This document shows positions 45,299 to 53,172 of a stretch of DNA of 64,000 nucleotides, in pieces. The stretch comes from Thermoanaerobaculia bacterium. Its GTDB lineage: Bacteria > Acidobacteriota > Thermoanaerobaculia > Gp7-AA8. The notes under the pieces were generated by a model. That model saw only the letters and a program-made list of their open reading frames with translations. It was not told where the DNA came from and made no database searches. Within the stretch, counting starts at the first letter, position 1; each line of letters opens with the position of its first letter. The translations under genes were made by a program, and so were the position numbers. Where the stretch lies: assembly GCA_036522835.1 (NCBI GenBank), contig DATDFB010000296.1, positions 1,351 to 65,350 of the forward strand, given 5' to 3'.

Positions 45299-46755
45299 GG
45301 CGTCGGATTCGCCGCCGGGCCGATCGGCGCTTTGGCCGAGAGATCGGGCGCCGGCGAGCAGCCGTTGCCGGCCGCCAGCGCGTCCATCTCCACCGCATAG
45401 CGTCCCTCGGCGAACATCGACGTCACCACCCACGCCTGGCTTTGGCGCGCTCCGCGCGTGGTCGTGCCGAAGCGATAGTTCCCGCGCGCCGACGAGTACG
45501 CGCTCGAGCCGCCGTTGTTCAGATTGAGAAAAAGCCAACCGGCGACGTCGCCCGACGCTGACATCGGCGGCCACAGAGTCGTATTCGCCGCCGATACCGC
45601 TACCGCGGTCCCGGTTCCCGGACGCCCCGGCGGGCACAGAGTGCTGCAGGACAAGGAGACGACCGTCGCGTTCTCGTGCTCGTCGAAACGAACGGCCTCG
45701 GCGATCTCGAGATTCGAATTGCTGCGATACGGCATCGGGCACGCCGCCGGAGCGGCGAACGCCTCGCGCCAGATCTTGAAATTCGTGTTGAAGGCGTTCG
45801 TTCCCCCGTTGATGAAGCGCGGCATGAACGTCGACGGCAGCGGCTGGCGCCGGTCCGCCGTCCGCGTCGTACCGGCGGTGTAGAGGTCATAGAACGTGAA
45901 CGGCAACGTGGTCGGGAAGGACTGGCCGGCCGCGCCTCCTTCCGGCACGGCACGGATATGCACGAGCGGATTTCCGCCGGCGTAGTTTCCGGTCGAGGGG
46001 TTTGGATTGACGTCCTGGCTGTCGCCGGTGAGAACGTTGTCGTAGAGCATCTCGGCGAAGTAGTGCGATCCGATCGGCGTTTCGCTGTCGCAGTTCGCCA
46101 TGACGTCGATCGTGGCGTAGCCGACCGCGTTCGCGTGCGGATAGCCGACGTCTGTCACGGCCGCGGCGCAGCCGGGCGCGCTGATCCGTCCCGTGGTGAA
46201 CACAGTCTGCAGGTCGGCCGTCAATGCGGCGCCGAGGGATCCGGGATTGCTGCTGCACGTGACCGCGGCGTCGGGGAGGAAGTGCGGATTCGCGTTGTTG
46301 GGGGCCGGCTGCGTGCCCGGATGGGAGCCGGGTAAAGCATTCTGCGGGTTGTCCGGCACGGTCGTTTTGTTCGATGTTCCACCAGTGCCCGGCGCAACGC
46401 CCGGCGCGATCACGCCGCGCGCGAAGACGTCGTACATGTTGATGCCCTGAACGTCGTAGCCGGTCAGGAAGATGTTGAACGTCAGCATCGGATACGACCA
46501 GTCCGTCCAGAGCGTGACGCGGGCGATCTGCGGCATGGCCGTCGTGTTCTGGACCGTGAAGAGCGTCGTCCGCGCCGTCGTGGCCGGCGATCGGAAATCG
46601 ACTTCGAAGTGGGGCAGAAGGAGCGTCGCCGCGGGGAACAGCGAGATGTCGCAGGAGTCGTCGTTGTCGGTCGTCGCCGGCTTGACGGCCGTGAATGTGC
46701 CGGCGGCGGCAGTGGTGGCCAGGAGAGCGGCGAGGATCAGCGCGAAGCAACGCAT
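45295..46755 (-). CDS. Secreted 'DDSCD' family protein, paralog D (486 aa)
   Basis: ORF 45295..46755. N-terminus: MRCFALILAALLATTAAAGTFTAVKPATTDNDDSCDISLFP. Same conserved blocks as the other paralogs. Confidence 0.85.
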   Translation of the reverse strand: MRCFALILAALLATTAAAGTFTAVKPATTDNDDSCDISLFPAATLLLPHFEVDFRSPATTARTTLFTVQNTTAMPQIARVTLWTDWSYPMLTFNIFLTGYDVQGINMYDVFARGVIAPGVAPGTGGTSNKTTVPDNPQNALPGSHPGTQPAPNNANPHFLPDAAVTCSSNPGSLGAALTADLQTVFTTGRISAPGCAAAVTDVGYPHANAVGYATIDVMANCDSETPIGSHYFAEMLYDNVLTGDSQDVNPNPSTGNYAGGNPLVHIRAVPEGGAAGQSFPTTLPFTFYDLYTAGTTRTADRRQPLPSTFMPRFINGGTNAFNTNFKIWREAFAAPAACPMPYRSNSNLEIAEAVRFDEHENATVVSLSCSTLCPPGRPGTGTAVAVSAANTTLWPPMSASGDVAGWLFLNLNNGGSSAYSSARGNYRFGTTTRGARQSQAWVVTSMFAEGRYAVEMDALAAGNGCSPAPDLSAKAPIGPAANPTP

Positions 46756-46798
46756 CGCCCTGCATTACGGACGCGCCGCGCGCAGCGTCGGTGCGCGT

Positions 46799-47238
46799 TT
46801 ACGTCGTCGGGTTCGCCGCCGGCCCGATTGGCGCCTTCGCTTCCGGCGCCGGCGTGCAGCCGTTGCCGAGCGCCGTCGCCGGGAGATCGAAGCCCCAGGC
46901 ATCGCGGCCCGCCCACGGCACTTCCTTCGGTTTCGCCGAGGGAGTCGAAGGAATCGCCGGTCTAATCGGGCGAGGCAGCGTTTTTCGCGGCGCACTCGGC
47001 GACGACGTCGATCGTCGCGTAACCGATGGCATTCGCGTGCACGCCGCCCACCGGCGTCGCCGCACAGGTCGTGCTCCTTGTAGCCGGTGAGGAAGAGCGG
47101 GAAGGAGACGGCCGGAAACGACTGTCGGTGCAGGGCGAGGTCGCAACTGTCGTCGTTGTTCGTCGTGGTCGGGCGGATCGGCGACGTGGCGGCCGACGCC
47201 GTGGCGGCGACGAGCAGCAGCAGCGCGAAGCAGCGCAT
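46799..47238 (-). pseudogene. Decayed fifth copy of the 'DDSCD' family (internally deleted and frameshifted)
   Basis: Frame 1 (from ATG 47238): MRCFALLLLVAATASAATSPIRPTTTNNDDSCDLAL...FPLFLTGYK. Another frame reads VHANAIGYATIDVV. A third frame ends ALGNGCTPAPEAKAPIGPAANPTT-stop at 46799. Family blocks are kept, but in 440 bp instead of about 1.4 kb and in different frames. The 5' leader gcgcgtccgtaatgcagggcgATG is shared with paralog D. Confidence 0.7.
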
Positions 47239-47273
47239 CGCCCTGCATTACGGACGCGCCGCGCGCGCCGCCG

Positions 47274-47723
47274 CTACTTCCGATTCAAATCCGCGAGCAC
47301 TTCCTCGGCGTGCCGCGCCGGCTCGACCTTCTTGTAGATCTTCCGGATCCGCCCGTCCGGGCCGATCCAATACGTCGTCCGCGTCACGCCCCAGGTGCGC
47401 CGGCCGTCGAGGTTCTTCTCCTTCCACACGCCGTACATCTTGGCCACGTCGGCGGTGGCGTCGGAGAGGAGCGGGAAGTTGAACTTCTCCTGCGAGTCGA
47501 GCAAGCCGGTCGACACGCCGAGCACCGCGGCGTGCGCTTTGGAGATGTCGGACTCGTGCTCCTGGAACGAGCGCGCCTGATCGGCCGGGTCGTCGTTCGG
47601 ATAGAAGTAGAGGATCACGTCCTGCCCGCGGAACTGCCCCAGCGACACGTCCTTGCCGCGCGTGGAAGGGAGGCGGAAGTCGGGGGCAAGGTCGCCGATT
47701 TTGGGCTCGTAGAAGTCTTGCAT
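47274..47723 (-). CDS. Peroxiredoxin (Bcp/AhpC-TSA fold) homolog with no cysteine
   Basis: ORF 47274..47723. Fold-typical motifs: APDFRLP, VILYFYP, FPLLSD, AKMYGVW, HAEEVL. The canonical FYPKD.TPGCT motif reads FYPNDDPADQA here, and the protein contains no Cys. Confidence 0.75.
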   Translation of the reverse strand: MQDFYEPKIGDLAPDFRLPSTRGKDVSLGQFRGQDVILYFYPNDDPADQARSFQEHESDISKAHAAVLGVSTGLLDSQEKFNFPLLSDATADVAKMYGVWKEKNLDGRRTWGVTRTTYWIGPDGRIRKIYKKVEPARHAEEVLADLNRK

Positions 47724-47734
47724 TCAGTCTCCGG

Positions 47735-47803
47735 GGTGACGGGTCACAGATGACAGGTCACAGGTGAGTGCCTCTGAGGAAGCCACCTGTCACCCGTTAC
47801 CTG
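47735..47803. repeat. Heptamer-repeat / inverted-repeat element in the intergenic region upstream of the bcp-like gene
   Basis: Five direct heptamers: gtgacgg gtcacag atgacag gtcacag gtgagtg. A 13-nt spacer follows, then inverted heptamers cacctgt cacccgt tacctgc. ggtcacaggtg and cacctgtcacc can pair at 10 of 11 positions. Confidence 0.5.
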
Positions 47804-47807
47804 CACC

Positions 47808-48806
47808 CTAATTCGTCACCCCACTCGCAAACAGCACCTTCTCCGCGATCAGCACCGCGTTCAGCGCCGCGCTGCGGCGGAGATTATCGCAAACGGCCCA
47901 GACCCAGAATCCGCCGTTGATCGCCGGGTCGCGGCGCACTTCGGCGACCAGCACCTCGTCCCGTCCTGCCGCGTCGATCGTGCCGAATTGCTCGTCCCCC
48001 TCGGGCAGCGCAATGGCGGCGTTCGCCCGCAGCGTCTCCTCGATCTCGCGCGTCTCCAGCTCCTCCTCCGTCTTCACGAACAGGGAGAACGTGTGGCCGT
48101 GAAAGATCGTCCCCTGCGTGATCAGCAGCGCCATCTGCGTGCGCACGTCGATCAGCGCCCGGATCTGCGAGACGATGAGCTCCTCGTTGCGCTCGAGCGC
48201 CGGGTAGAGATTGAACGCCAGCTGGCGGTCGAACACCGCTTTCGGGACGCTGTGCACGTTCAAGACGCTGATCGTCTGCTGTGCCAGCTCCTCGACGCCG
48301 GCCTGCTCGAACTCCGAGGCCGGCTGCACCACCGTGGCGGCGCAGAGCTCCACGCGCCCGAGCTGCGCGATCTGGTGCAGCACCAGCGCGATCGGAATGG
48401 CCACCGGGTGCGGCGACACCACCACGCGCTCGCTGCCGTCGAGCTGCTCGAGGTTCACGCCCGCCACCGCGAGGCGCGCCTCCTCCACCGTCGTCGGCTG
48501 CGAGAGGTCGACGGCGATGAAGCGGTCGTCGCCGGCGCGCAGCAGCCACTCCCGATTCTCCTCGGCCGGGCCGCAGAAGAAAACGAGGTCGAGATCTTCG
48601 AGCTCGTCGTCCGACACCGGCTGCACGTACACCGGCTCGCCATCCGCCTCGGTCAACGCGCCGGCGCTCTCGCCCGTGGCCAGCAGCACCGTCTTCGCCA
48701 GCGGAAACGAGCGCTCGCGGAGAATCGTCTGGATCTCCGTGCCGACGAGCGTCAAGGGATTGACGATGCCGATGCGATAGCCGGCGGCGTGCTTTGGCTC
48801 GGGCAT
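47808..48806 (-). CDS. Aspartate-semialdehyde dehydrogenase-like protein lacking the catalytic Cys
   Basis: ORF 47808..48806. By-eye alignment to Asd: FHGHTFSLFV (active-site His retained), VAEVRRD, VWAVCDNLRRSAALNAVLIAE. Where Asd has ANPNCST this protein has VSPHPVA. The GxxGxxG motif is degenerate (IVNPLTLVG). Confidence 0.65.
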   Translation of the reverse strand: MPEPKHAAGYRIGIVNPLTLVGTEIQTILRERSFPLAKTVLLATGESAGALTEADGEPVYVQPVSDDELEDLDLVFFCGPAEENREWLLRAGDDRFIAVDLSQPTTVEEARLAVAGVNLEQLDGSERVVVSPHPVAIPIALVLHQIAQLGRVELCAATVVQPASEFEQAGVEELAQQTISVLNVHSVPKAVFDRQLAFNLYPALERNEELIVSQIRALIDVRTQMALLITQGTIFHGHTFSLFVKTEEELETREIEETLRANAAIALPEGDEQFGTIDAAGRDEVLVAEVRRDPAINGGFWVWAVCDNLRRSAALNAVLIAEKVLFASGVTN

Positions 48807-49600
48807 CAGTGCGTCTCGACCGCCGGCTGCAATTCATCGGGATTCGACGGCGGCGGGAAAGCGATCGACCAGAGCCGCAGCAGCGGCCCCGAGGCGAGGT
48901 AGCCGATCGAGCCGACGAAGAGAAACTCGCGCGGCCAGAAGGCGAAGATCCCGAGCACCAGCGCGATCGCCACGATCGCCAGCAGCGACCGCTCGCGCTT
49001 GAAGTAGAGCCCTTTCTGGCTGCGCCACCGGATCGGCGAGACCATGGCGAAGGCGACGGCCACCGTCAGCACCACGATCACCATGGCGAAGCGATCGTTC
49101 GTCACGGGCGACGGCGCGTAATAGATGATCGACGCCAAGGTCAGCGCGCCCGCGGGGCTCGGCAGCCCGACGAAGTAGCGGTGATCGGTCTTCCCCGCCA
49201 TCACGTTGAAGCGCGCCAGGCGCAGCGACACCGCCACGAGGAAGACGAACGCCACCCCCGCGCCGATGCGCAGGTCGTGCAGCCCCCAGCAATAGACCAG
49301 CACCGCCGGCGCCGCGCCGAAGGTGACGACGTCGGCGATCGAGTCGTACTCCTTGCCGAAGTCGCTCGTGGCGTTGAGCGCCCGGGCCAGCAGGCCGTCG
49401 AACGTGTCGAACACGGCGGCGATGAAGAGCGACAGGCATGCCGTCTCGAAGAGGTGCACGGCCACGTCCGTCCGCCCCTCGGCCATCTCCCCGACCGCGC
49501 GCGCGCTGGAGACGATGGCCCGGAAGCCGAAGAAGATGTTCAGCATCGTCATCAGCGTCGGGATGATGTAGACGCCGCGGCGGAGGTTGGGCCGCTTCAT
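48806..49600 (-). CDS. pssA: CDP-diacylglycerol--serine O-phosphatidyltransferase
   Basis: ATG 49600 is in frame with ORF 48806..50215 and overlaps the psd stop (ATGA). CDP-alcohol phosphatidyltransferase motif: DTFDGLLARALNATSDFGKEYDSIAD. Multi-pass membrane protein. Confidence 0.85.
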   Translation of the reverse strand: MKRPNLRRGVYIIPTLMTMLNIFFGFRAIVSSARAVGEMAEGRTDVAVHLFETACLSLFIAAVFDTFDGLLARALNATSDFGKEYDSIADVVTFGAAPAVLVYCWGLHDLRIGAGVAFVFLVAVSLRLARFNVMAGKTDHRYFVGLPSPAGALTLASIIYYAPSPVTNDRFAMVIVVLTVAVAFAMVSPIRWRSQKGLYFKRERSLLAIVAIALVLGIFAFWPREFLFVGSIGYLASGPLLRLWSIAFPPPSNPDELQPAVETH

Positions 49601-50244
49601 GCCGGCTCTCCGATCTCCGCGATCACGGTGATGCCGACCTTCACCTTGTCGCGCATGCCCACTTTGATGTTGGCGTCGGGCGGGAAGAACATGTCGACGC
49701 GCGAGCCGAACTTGATCATGCCGACGCGCTCGCCGCGCACGACCTCGTCGCCTTCTTTTTTGTCGAAGACGATGCGCCGCGCCAAAAGCCCGGCGATCTG
49801 CTTGAAGGCCACGCGGCCGCCGTGCGAGTCCTCGATCACCACGAGGTTCTGCTCGTTCTCCGCCGACGACTTCTCCGCGAAGGCGGCGATTTTCTTTCCG
49901 GGGTTGTAGCGGTAGTGCACGATCCTGCCGCTGATCGGCGCGCGGTTGACGTGCACGTCGAACACCGACATGAAGATGCTGACCTGCTTGGTCAGCCCCT
50001 GCCAGACCTCGCCGTCCGGCACGTCCTTGATCTGCACGACCGTGCCGTCCGCAGGCGAGAGGACGTCGATGTGCCGCTCGGAGCCGGCGCGGTGCGGGTC
50101 GCGGAAGAAGTTGAGGAGGAAGAGGAAGACGAGCGCCAGGACGGCGCCGGCGATCCACCACTGAATGAGAAACGCCGCCGTCGCGAGGATCGCGACGGGC
50201 ACGATGAAGATCCACCCCTCGGCTGCCAGTCGTATGCGCGGCAT
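49597..50244 (-). CDS. psd: Phosphatidylserine decarboxylase proenzyme (short form)
   Basis: ORF 49597..50244. Two N-terminal TM helices, and IKFGSRVD (the G-S self-cleavage site region). Confidence 0.8.
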   Translation of the reverse strand: MPRIRLAAEGWIFIVPVAILATAAFLIQWWIAGAVLALVFLFLLNFFRDPHRAGSERHIDVLSPADGTVVQIKDVPDGEVWQGLTKQVSIFMSVFDVHVNRAPISGRIVHYRYNPGKKIAAFAEKSSAENEQNLVVIEDSHGGRVAFKQIAGLLARRIVFDKKEGDEVVRGERVGMIKFGSRVDMFFPPDANIKVGMRDKVKVGITVIAEIGEPA

Positions 50245-50253
50245 GGAACGACG

Positions 50254-50311
50254 ATTAAAGCAGAAATCCTGGCGGCAATCGCGCGATCACCGCCAGGATC
50301 TCGGATTTCTG
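50254..50311 (-). terminator. Candidate intrinsic terminator after the DUF465 gene
   Basis: On the minus strand: cagaaatccgagatcctggcgg-tgatcgcgcgattg-ccgccaggatttctg, followed by CTTTAAT. There is an 8-bp GC core stem plus an outer 8-bp stem with a bulge. Confidence 0.45.
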
Positions 50312-50327
50312 ATCTTGGATTGCTGAG

Positions 50328-50564
50328 TTAGGCGACGGCGTGCTCCGACTCGTACGAGCGGATCCGCTCCGCCATCTGGTCCTTCAGATGCAGCTTGCGT
50401 TTCTTCAACGTTTTCTCTTCGAGCTCTTCGTCGACCGTCACCTCTCGCTTGCCCGAGAGCTCCGACAGCCGCGACTCGCACGAATGGTGCTCTTCGATCC
50501 ACTTCCGGAACTCTTCGTCCTCGCTGCTGAGAATCCGTTGAATCTCCGCGGTTCGATTGGACAT
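50328..50564 (-). CDS. DUF465 (YdcH-like) small coiled-coil protein (78 aa)
   Basis: ATG 50564 is in frame with ORF 50328..50840 and preceded by AAGGAGGAAAA. Sequence: MSNRTAEIQRILSSEDEEFRKWIEEHHSCESRLSEL...LKKRKLHLKDQM. Confidence 0.75.
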   Translation of the reverse strand: MSNRTAEIQRILSSEDEEFRKWIEEHHSCESRLSELSGKREVTVDEELEEKTLKKRKLHLKDQMAERIRSYESEHAVA

Positions 50565-50591
50565 CAAGCTTTTCCTCCTTTGATGGTCCGG

Positions 50592-50621
50592 TTCGCAAGG
50601 GCGATTGTAGACCTTTACAAT
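50592..50621 (+). promoter_or_regulatory. Candidate sigma70-like promoter within a divergent region; the -10 lies in the palindrome ATTGTA-N6-TACAAT
   Basis: TTCGCA (50592-50597), 18 nt, then TACAAT (50616-50621), 10 nt before ATG 50632. The reverse complement of ATTGTA (50604-50609) is also TACAAT, facing the DUF465 gene. Confidence 0.3.
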
Positions 50622-50631
50622 CCCCTGCCGC

Positions 50632-52080
50632 ATGCCGCTTTCCCGCCGCCTCGCCGAGGCCGCCGTTTGCCTCGTGGCGCTCTCGACTCTCATCACCCCG
50701 TTCCGGCGCGACCTCTTCGTCGGCGACGAGACCAAGTACGCCCAGGTCATTCGCGAAATGCGCGCCACCGGCGCGTTTTTCCTGCCGACGCTGGGGGGGC
50801 AGCCATTCACCCATAAGCCTCCTATCCACTTCTGGCTCATCGACTTACTGACGTTCCCCTTAGGCGTCTATTCGATGTGGGCGTTCGTCCTGCCGTCGCT
50901 CCTGGCGTTCGCGCTGCTGCTGGGTTTGTTGTGGCGGCGCGGCGGCCCGATGGCCGCGTTCGTCTGCGGGACGTCGTTCCTCATCTGGGGCTCGGCGCAG
51001 TCGGCGCGGATGGACGTGTCGTTCACGCTGCTGATCGCGTACGGGCTCATCCGTCTCGAGGATTTCTTCGAGCACGACGACTTTCGCGCCCTGCTCGCCT
51101 GCGCGGCCGCGCTCGGCGTGGCGACGCTGATCAAAGGTCCGATGGCGCCGGTGATCGGCCTCGTGCTGTTCGCTCTGGAGTGGTGGCGCCGCCGCCGCGT
51201 GCCGCGCGGGAACTACCTGCCGGCAATCGCGGCGCTCGTGCTGATCCCGCTGGCCTGGCTCGTCCCGGCGATGCTCCTCGGCGGCCACGCCTACACGCGC
51301 GAGGTGATCGTGAAGCAGACCGTCGGGCGGGCAGTGGCGACGTGGGTCCACTCCGCGCCGCCGTGGTACTACGTTCTGCACCTGCCGGCGACGCTCTTCC
51401 CGTGGTTCTTCCTCGCCGTTGCGGCCGTAATCGCGCGCCGCTGGTCGTTCCTGACGAACTGGATTCTCGCGGTGCTCGTGCCGTACTCGCTCCTGGCGTC
51501 GAAGCTCGACGTCTACATGATGGCCATGATCCCCGCCCTAGCGCTGCTGAGTGTGGAGTGCGGCGGCCATGCCGCCGCTCGATGCCGCGTCGCGAACGCG
51601 ATCGCAGCATCGATCCTGACCCTCTTCGTCGCCGGCGTCTTCTTCAACGTTCCCGACGTCCCGATCCACGGCCTCTGCATCGCCACCGCGATTGCGGGCG
51701 TCATCGCCTTGATCCTCGTTCTTCGATCGTCGTTTGCAACGGGCACGATCGCCGTCGGCCTCGCCTCGCTCGTCCCTCTGCTCTACACCGCCGTCGCCCT
51801 CATGCCCCAGGTCAACGAGCTCGCCTCCACCCGCCCCCTCGTGCGCGCGCTCGTCCGCCAGCAGGTCCCCGGCGACCAGATCACGCTCTATTGGTGCCCA
51901 TATCTCTGGACGCGCGACATGCCGCGCGACCTCGAGCGCGTCACCTACGCGGATGAGCTGCAGACGGTGCGCACGCCGGTGCTCGCGATTGCCCGCGCGA
52001 AAGCGCCGGCGCTCCCGGGTTTCCAACGCGTCGACGAGCTGAAGATGATCGGAAAGTGGTTCGATGTCTATCGACGCTAA
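50632..52080 (+). CDS. Glycosyltransferase family 39/83 (ArnT / PMT_2-like) membrane protein
   Basis: ORF 50632..52080. Motif: GDETKYAQVIREMRATGAFFLPTLGGQPFTHKPPIHFW. More than 10 hydrophobic helices. Confidence 0.75.
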   Translation: MPLSRRLAEAAVCLVALSTLITPFRRDLFVGDETKYAQVIREMRATGAFFLPTLGGQPFTHKPPIHFWLIDLLTFPLGVYSMWAFVLPSLLAFALLLGLLWRRGGPMAAFVCGTSFLIWGSAQSARMDVSFTLLIAYGLIRLEDFFEHDDFRALLACAAALGVATLIKGPMAPVIGLVLFALEWWRRRRVPRGNYLPAIAALVLIPLAWLVPAMLLGGHAYTREVIVKQTVGRAVATWVHSAPPWYYVLHLPATLFPWFFLAVAAVIARRWSFLTNWILAVLVPYSLLASKLDVYMMAMIPALALLSVECGGHAAARCRVANAIAASILTLFVAGVFFNVPDVPIHGLCIATAIAGVIALILVLRSSFATGTIAVGLASLVPLLYTAVALMPQVNELASTRPLVRALVRQQVPGDQITLYWCPYLWTRDMPRDLERVTYADELQTVRTPVLAIARAKAPALPGFQRVDELKMIGKWFDVYRR

Positions 52081-52912
52081 GCACCGCCTCGCCGCCGCCG
52101 CGTTCATGGCGCTGCTGCTGCTGTCGGTCTTCTGGCCTGAGCCGGTCGTCGACGTGAACCGCCTCTGCTGCAACGCCGCGCTCACCGTCGACGACCTCTC
52201 CTTCCTCGGGCGCGAAGCGCCGTCGTGGGACGTCGTCTTCTGGTGCCTCGCCGGCCTCTTCGCGCTCGCGCTGATGCACCCGAGCGGCGAGCCGCGCGAC
52301 TACGCGCTGCCCCGCATGCGCGTGTCGTGGAAGCCGCTGCTCGCGATCATCCCCGCCGCGATCGTCGTCTTCCTCGCCTGGCGCTTCGCCGACGCGCCGG
52401 TGACCGCGTGGGCGGAGCGCATCCAATCCGACACGATCCAGGACTTCATCCGCATCACCAACCGCCTGGGCGGCGGGATGAACCCGGCAATGATCATCGT
52501 CTTCTTCTACCTCGCCGGCGTTGCCTACGGCGTGCCGCGCTGGAAGAGTTACGCCCTTTCGATGACGATCGCCGGCGCCGGCGCGGGCCTTCTCGCGCAG
52601 ATCGTCAAGTACACCGTCCTCCGCTCCCGCCCCGAGCTCTGGCTCGGCCCCTTCCACCACGCTCGCGCCTCAGCGACGTCGTTCCCGAGCGGCCACACCA
52701 TCGGCGCCTTCGCGTTGGCGGGGGTGCTGCTGTTTTTGTCCCCCTCGCGCACGCTGCGCGTCGTCGCGGTGCTGACCGCCGCCGCCGTCGGCCTCTCGCG
52801 CATCCTGGCCTTCCGCCACTGGACCTCGGACGTCGTCGCCTCGGCCGCGCTGGGACTGATCGTCGCGGCAATCGTGAGCCAGCTCACACGCGACCCGGCG
52901 CGCGTCGAGTAG
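52064..52912 (+). CDS. PAP2-family phosphatase (membrane)
   Basis: ORF 52064..52912. PAP2 motifs: KYTVLRSRP, PSGHT, SRILAFRHWTSD. It overlaps the previous gene by 17 nt. Confidence 0.8.
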   Translation: MSIDAKHRLAAAAFMALLLLSVFWPEPVVDVNRLCCNAALTVDDLSFLGREAPSWDVVFWCLAGLFALALMHPSGEPRDYALPRMRVSWKPLLAIIPAAIVVFLAWRFADAPVTAWAERIQSDTIQDFIRITNRLGGGMNPAMIIVFFYLAGVAYGVPRWKSYALSMTIAGAGAGLLAQIVKYTVLRSRPELWLGPFHHARASATSFPSGHTIGAFALAGVLLFLSPSRTLRVVAVLTAAAVGLSRILAFRHWTSDVVASAALGLIVAAIVSQLTRDPARVE

Positions 52913-52924
52913 ATTCCGCGCGCC

Positions 52925-53152
52925 ATGCCGCGAGCTCGCCTGTCGCTGTTCACCTACGACGTCGTGCGCGAGCTCTGCGGCCACTGCCGCAAAGAGCGCT
53001 TTCACTTCGTCCCGGCCGGCGCCGCCCCCGCCCCCGGCACCTGCCCCCGCTGCGGCGCCGAGCGCAAGCTCGCTGAGATCAGCGACACCGCCATCATCCG
53101 TCTGGTCACGCAGCCGAACGGGGAGGTGGTGGTGGTGCCGGTGATCGGGTAA
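52925..53152 (+). CDS. Small zinc-ribbon-like protein (75 aa)
   Basis: ORF 52925..53152, with CGHC ... CPRC pairs. No other motif. Confidence 0.45.
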   Translation: MPRARLSLFTYDVVRELCGHCRKERFHFVPAGAAPAPGTCPRCGAERKLAEISDTAIIRLVTQPNGEVVVVPVIG

Positions 53153-53172
53153 CGCCGAGGTATCATCGGCGC

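Noticed and set aside
48806-50215. 469-aa version of the pssA ORF, and the 170-aa version of the DUF465 ORF (50328..50840)
   Set aside because: The upstream portions are Arg/Gly-rich read-through overlapping psd, or lack a ribosome-binding site. The internal ATGs (49600 and 50564) give complete family-typical proteins with coupling or a strong Shine-Dalgarno sequence.
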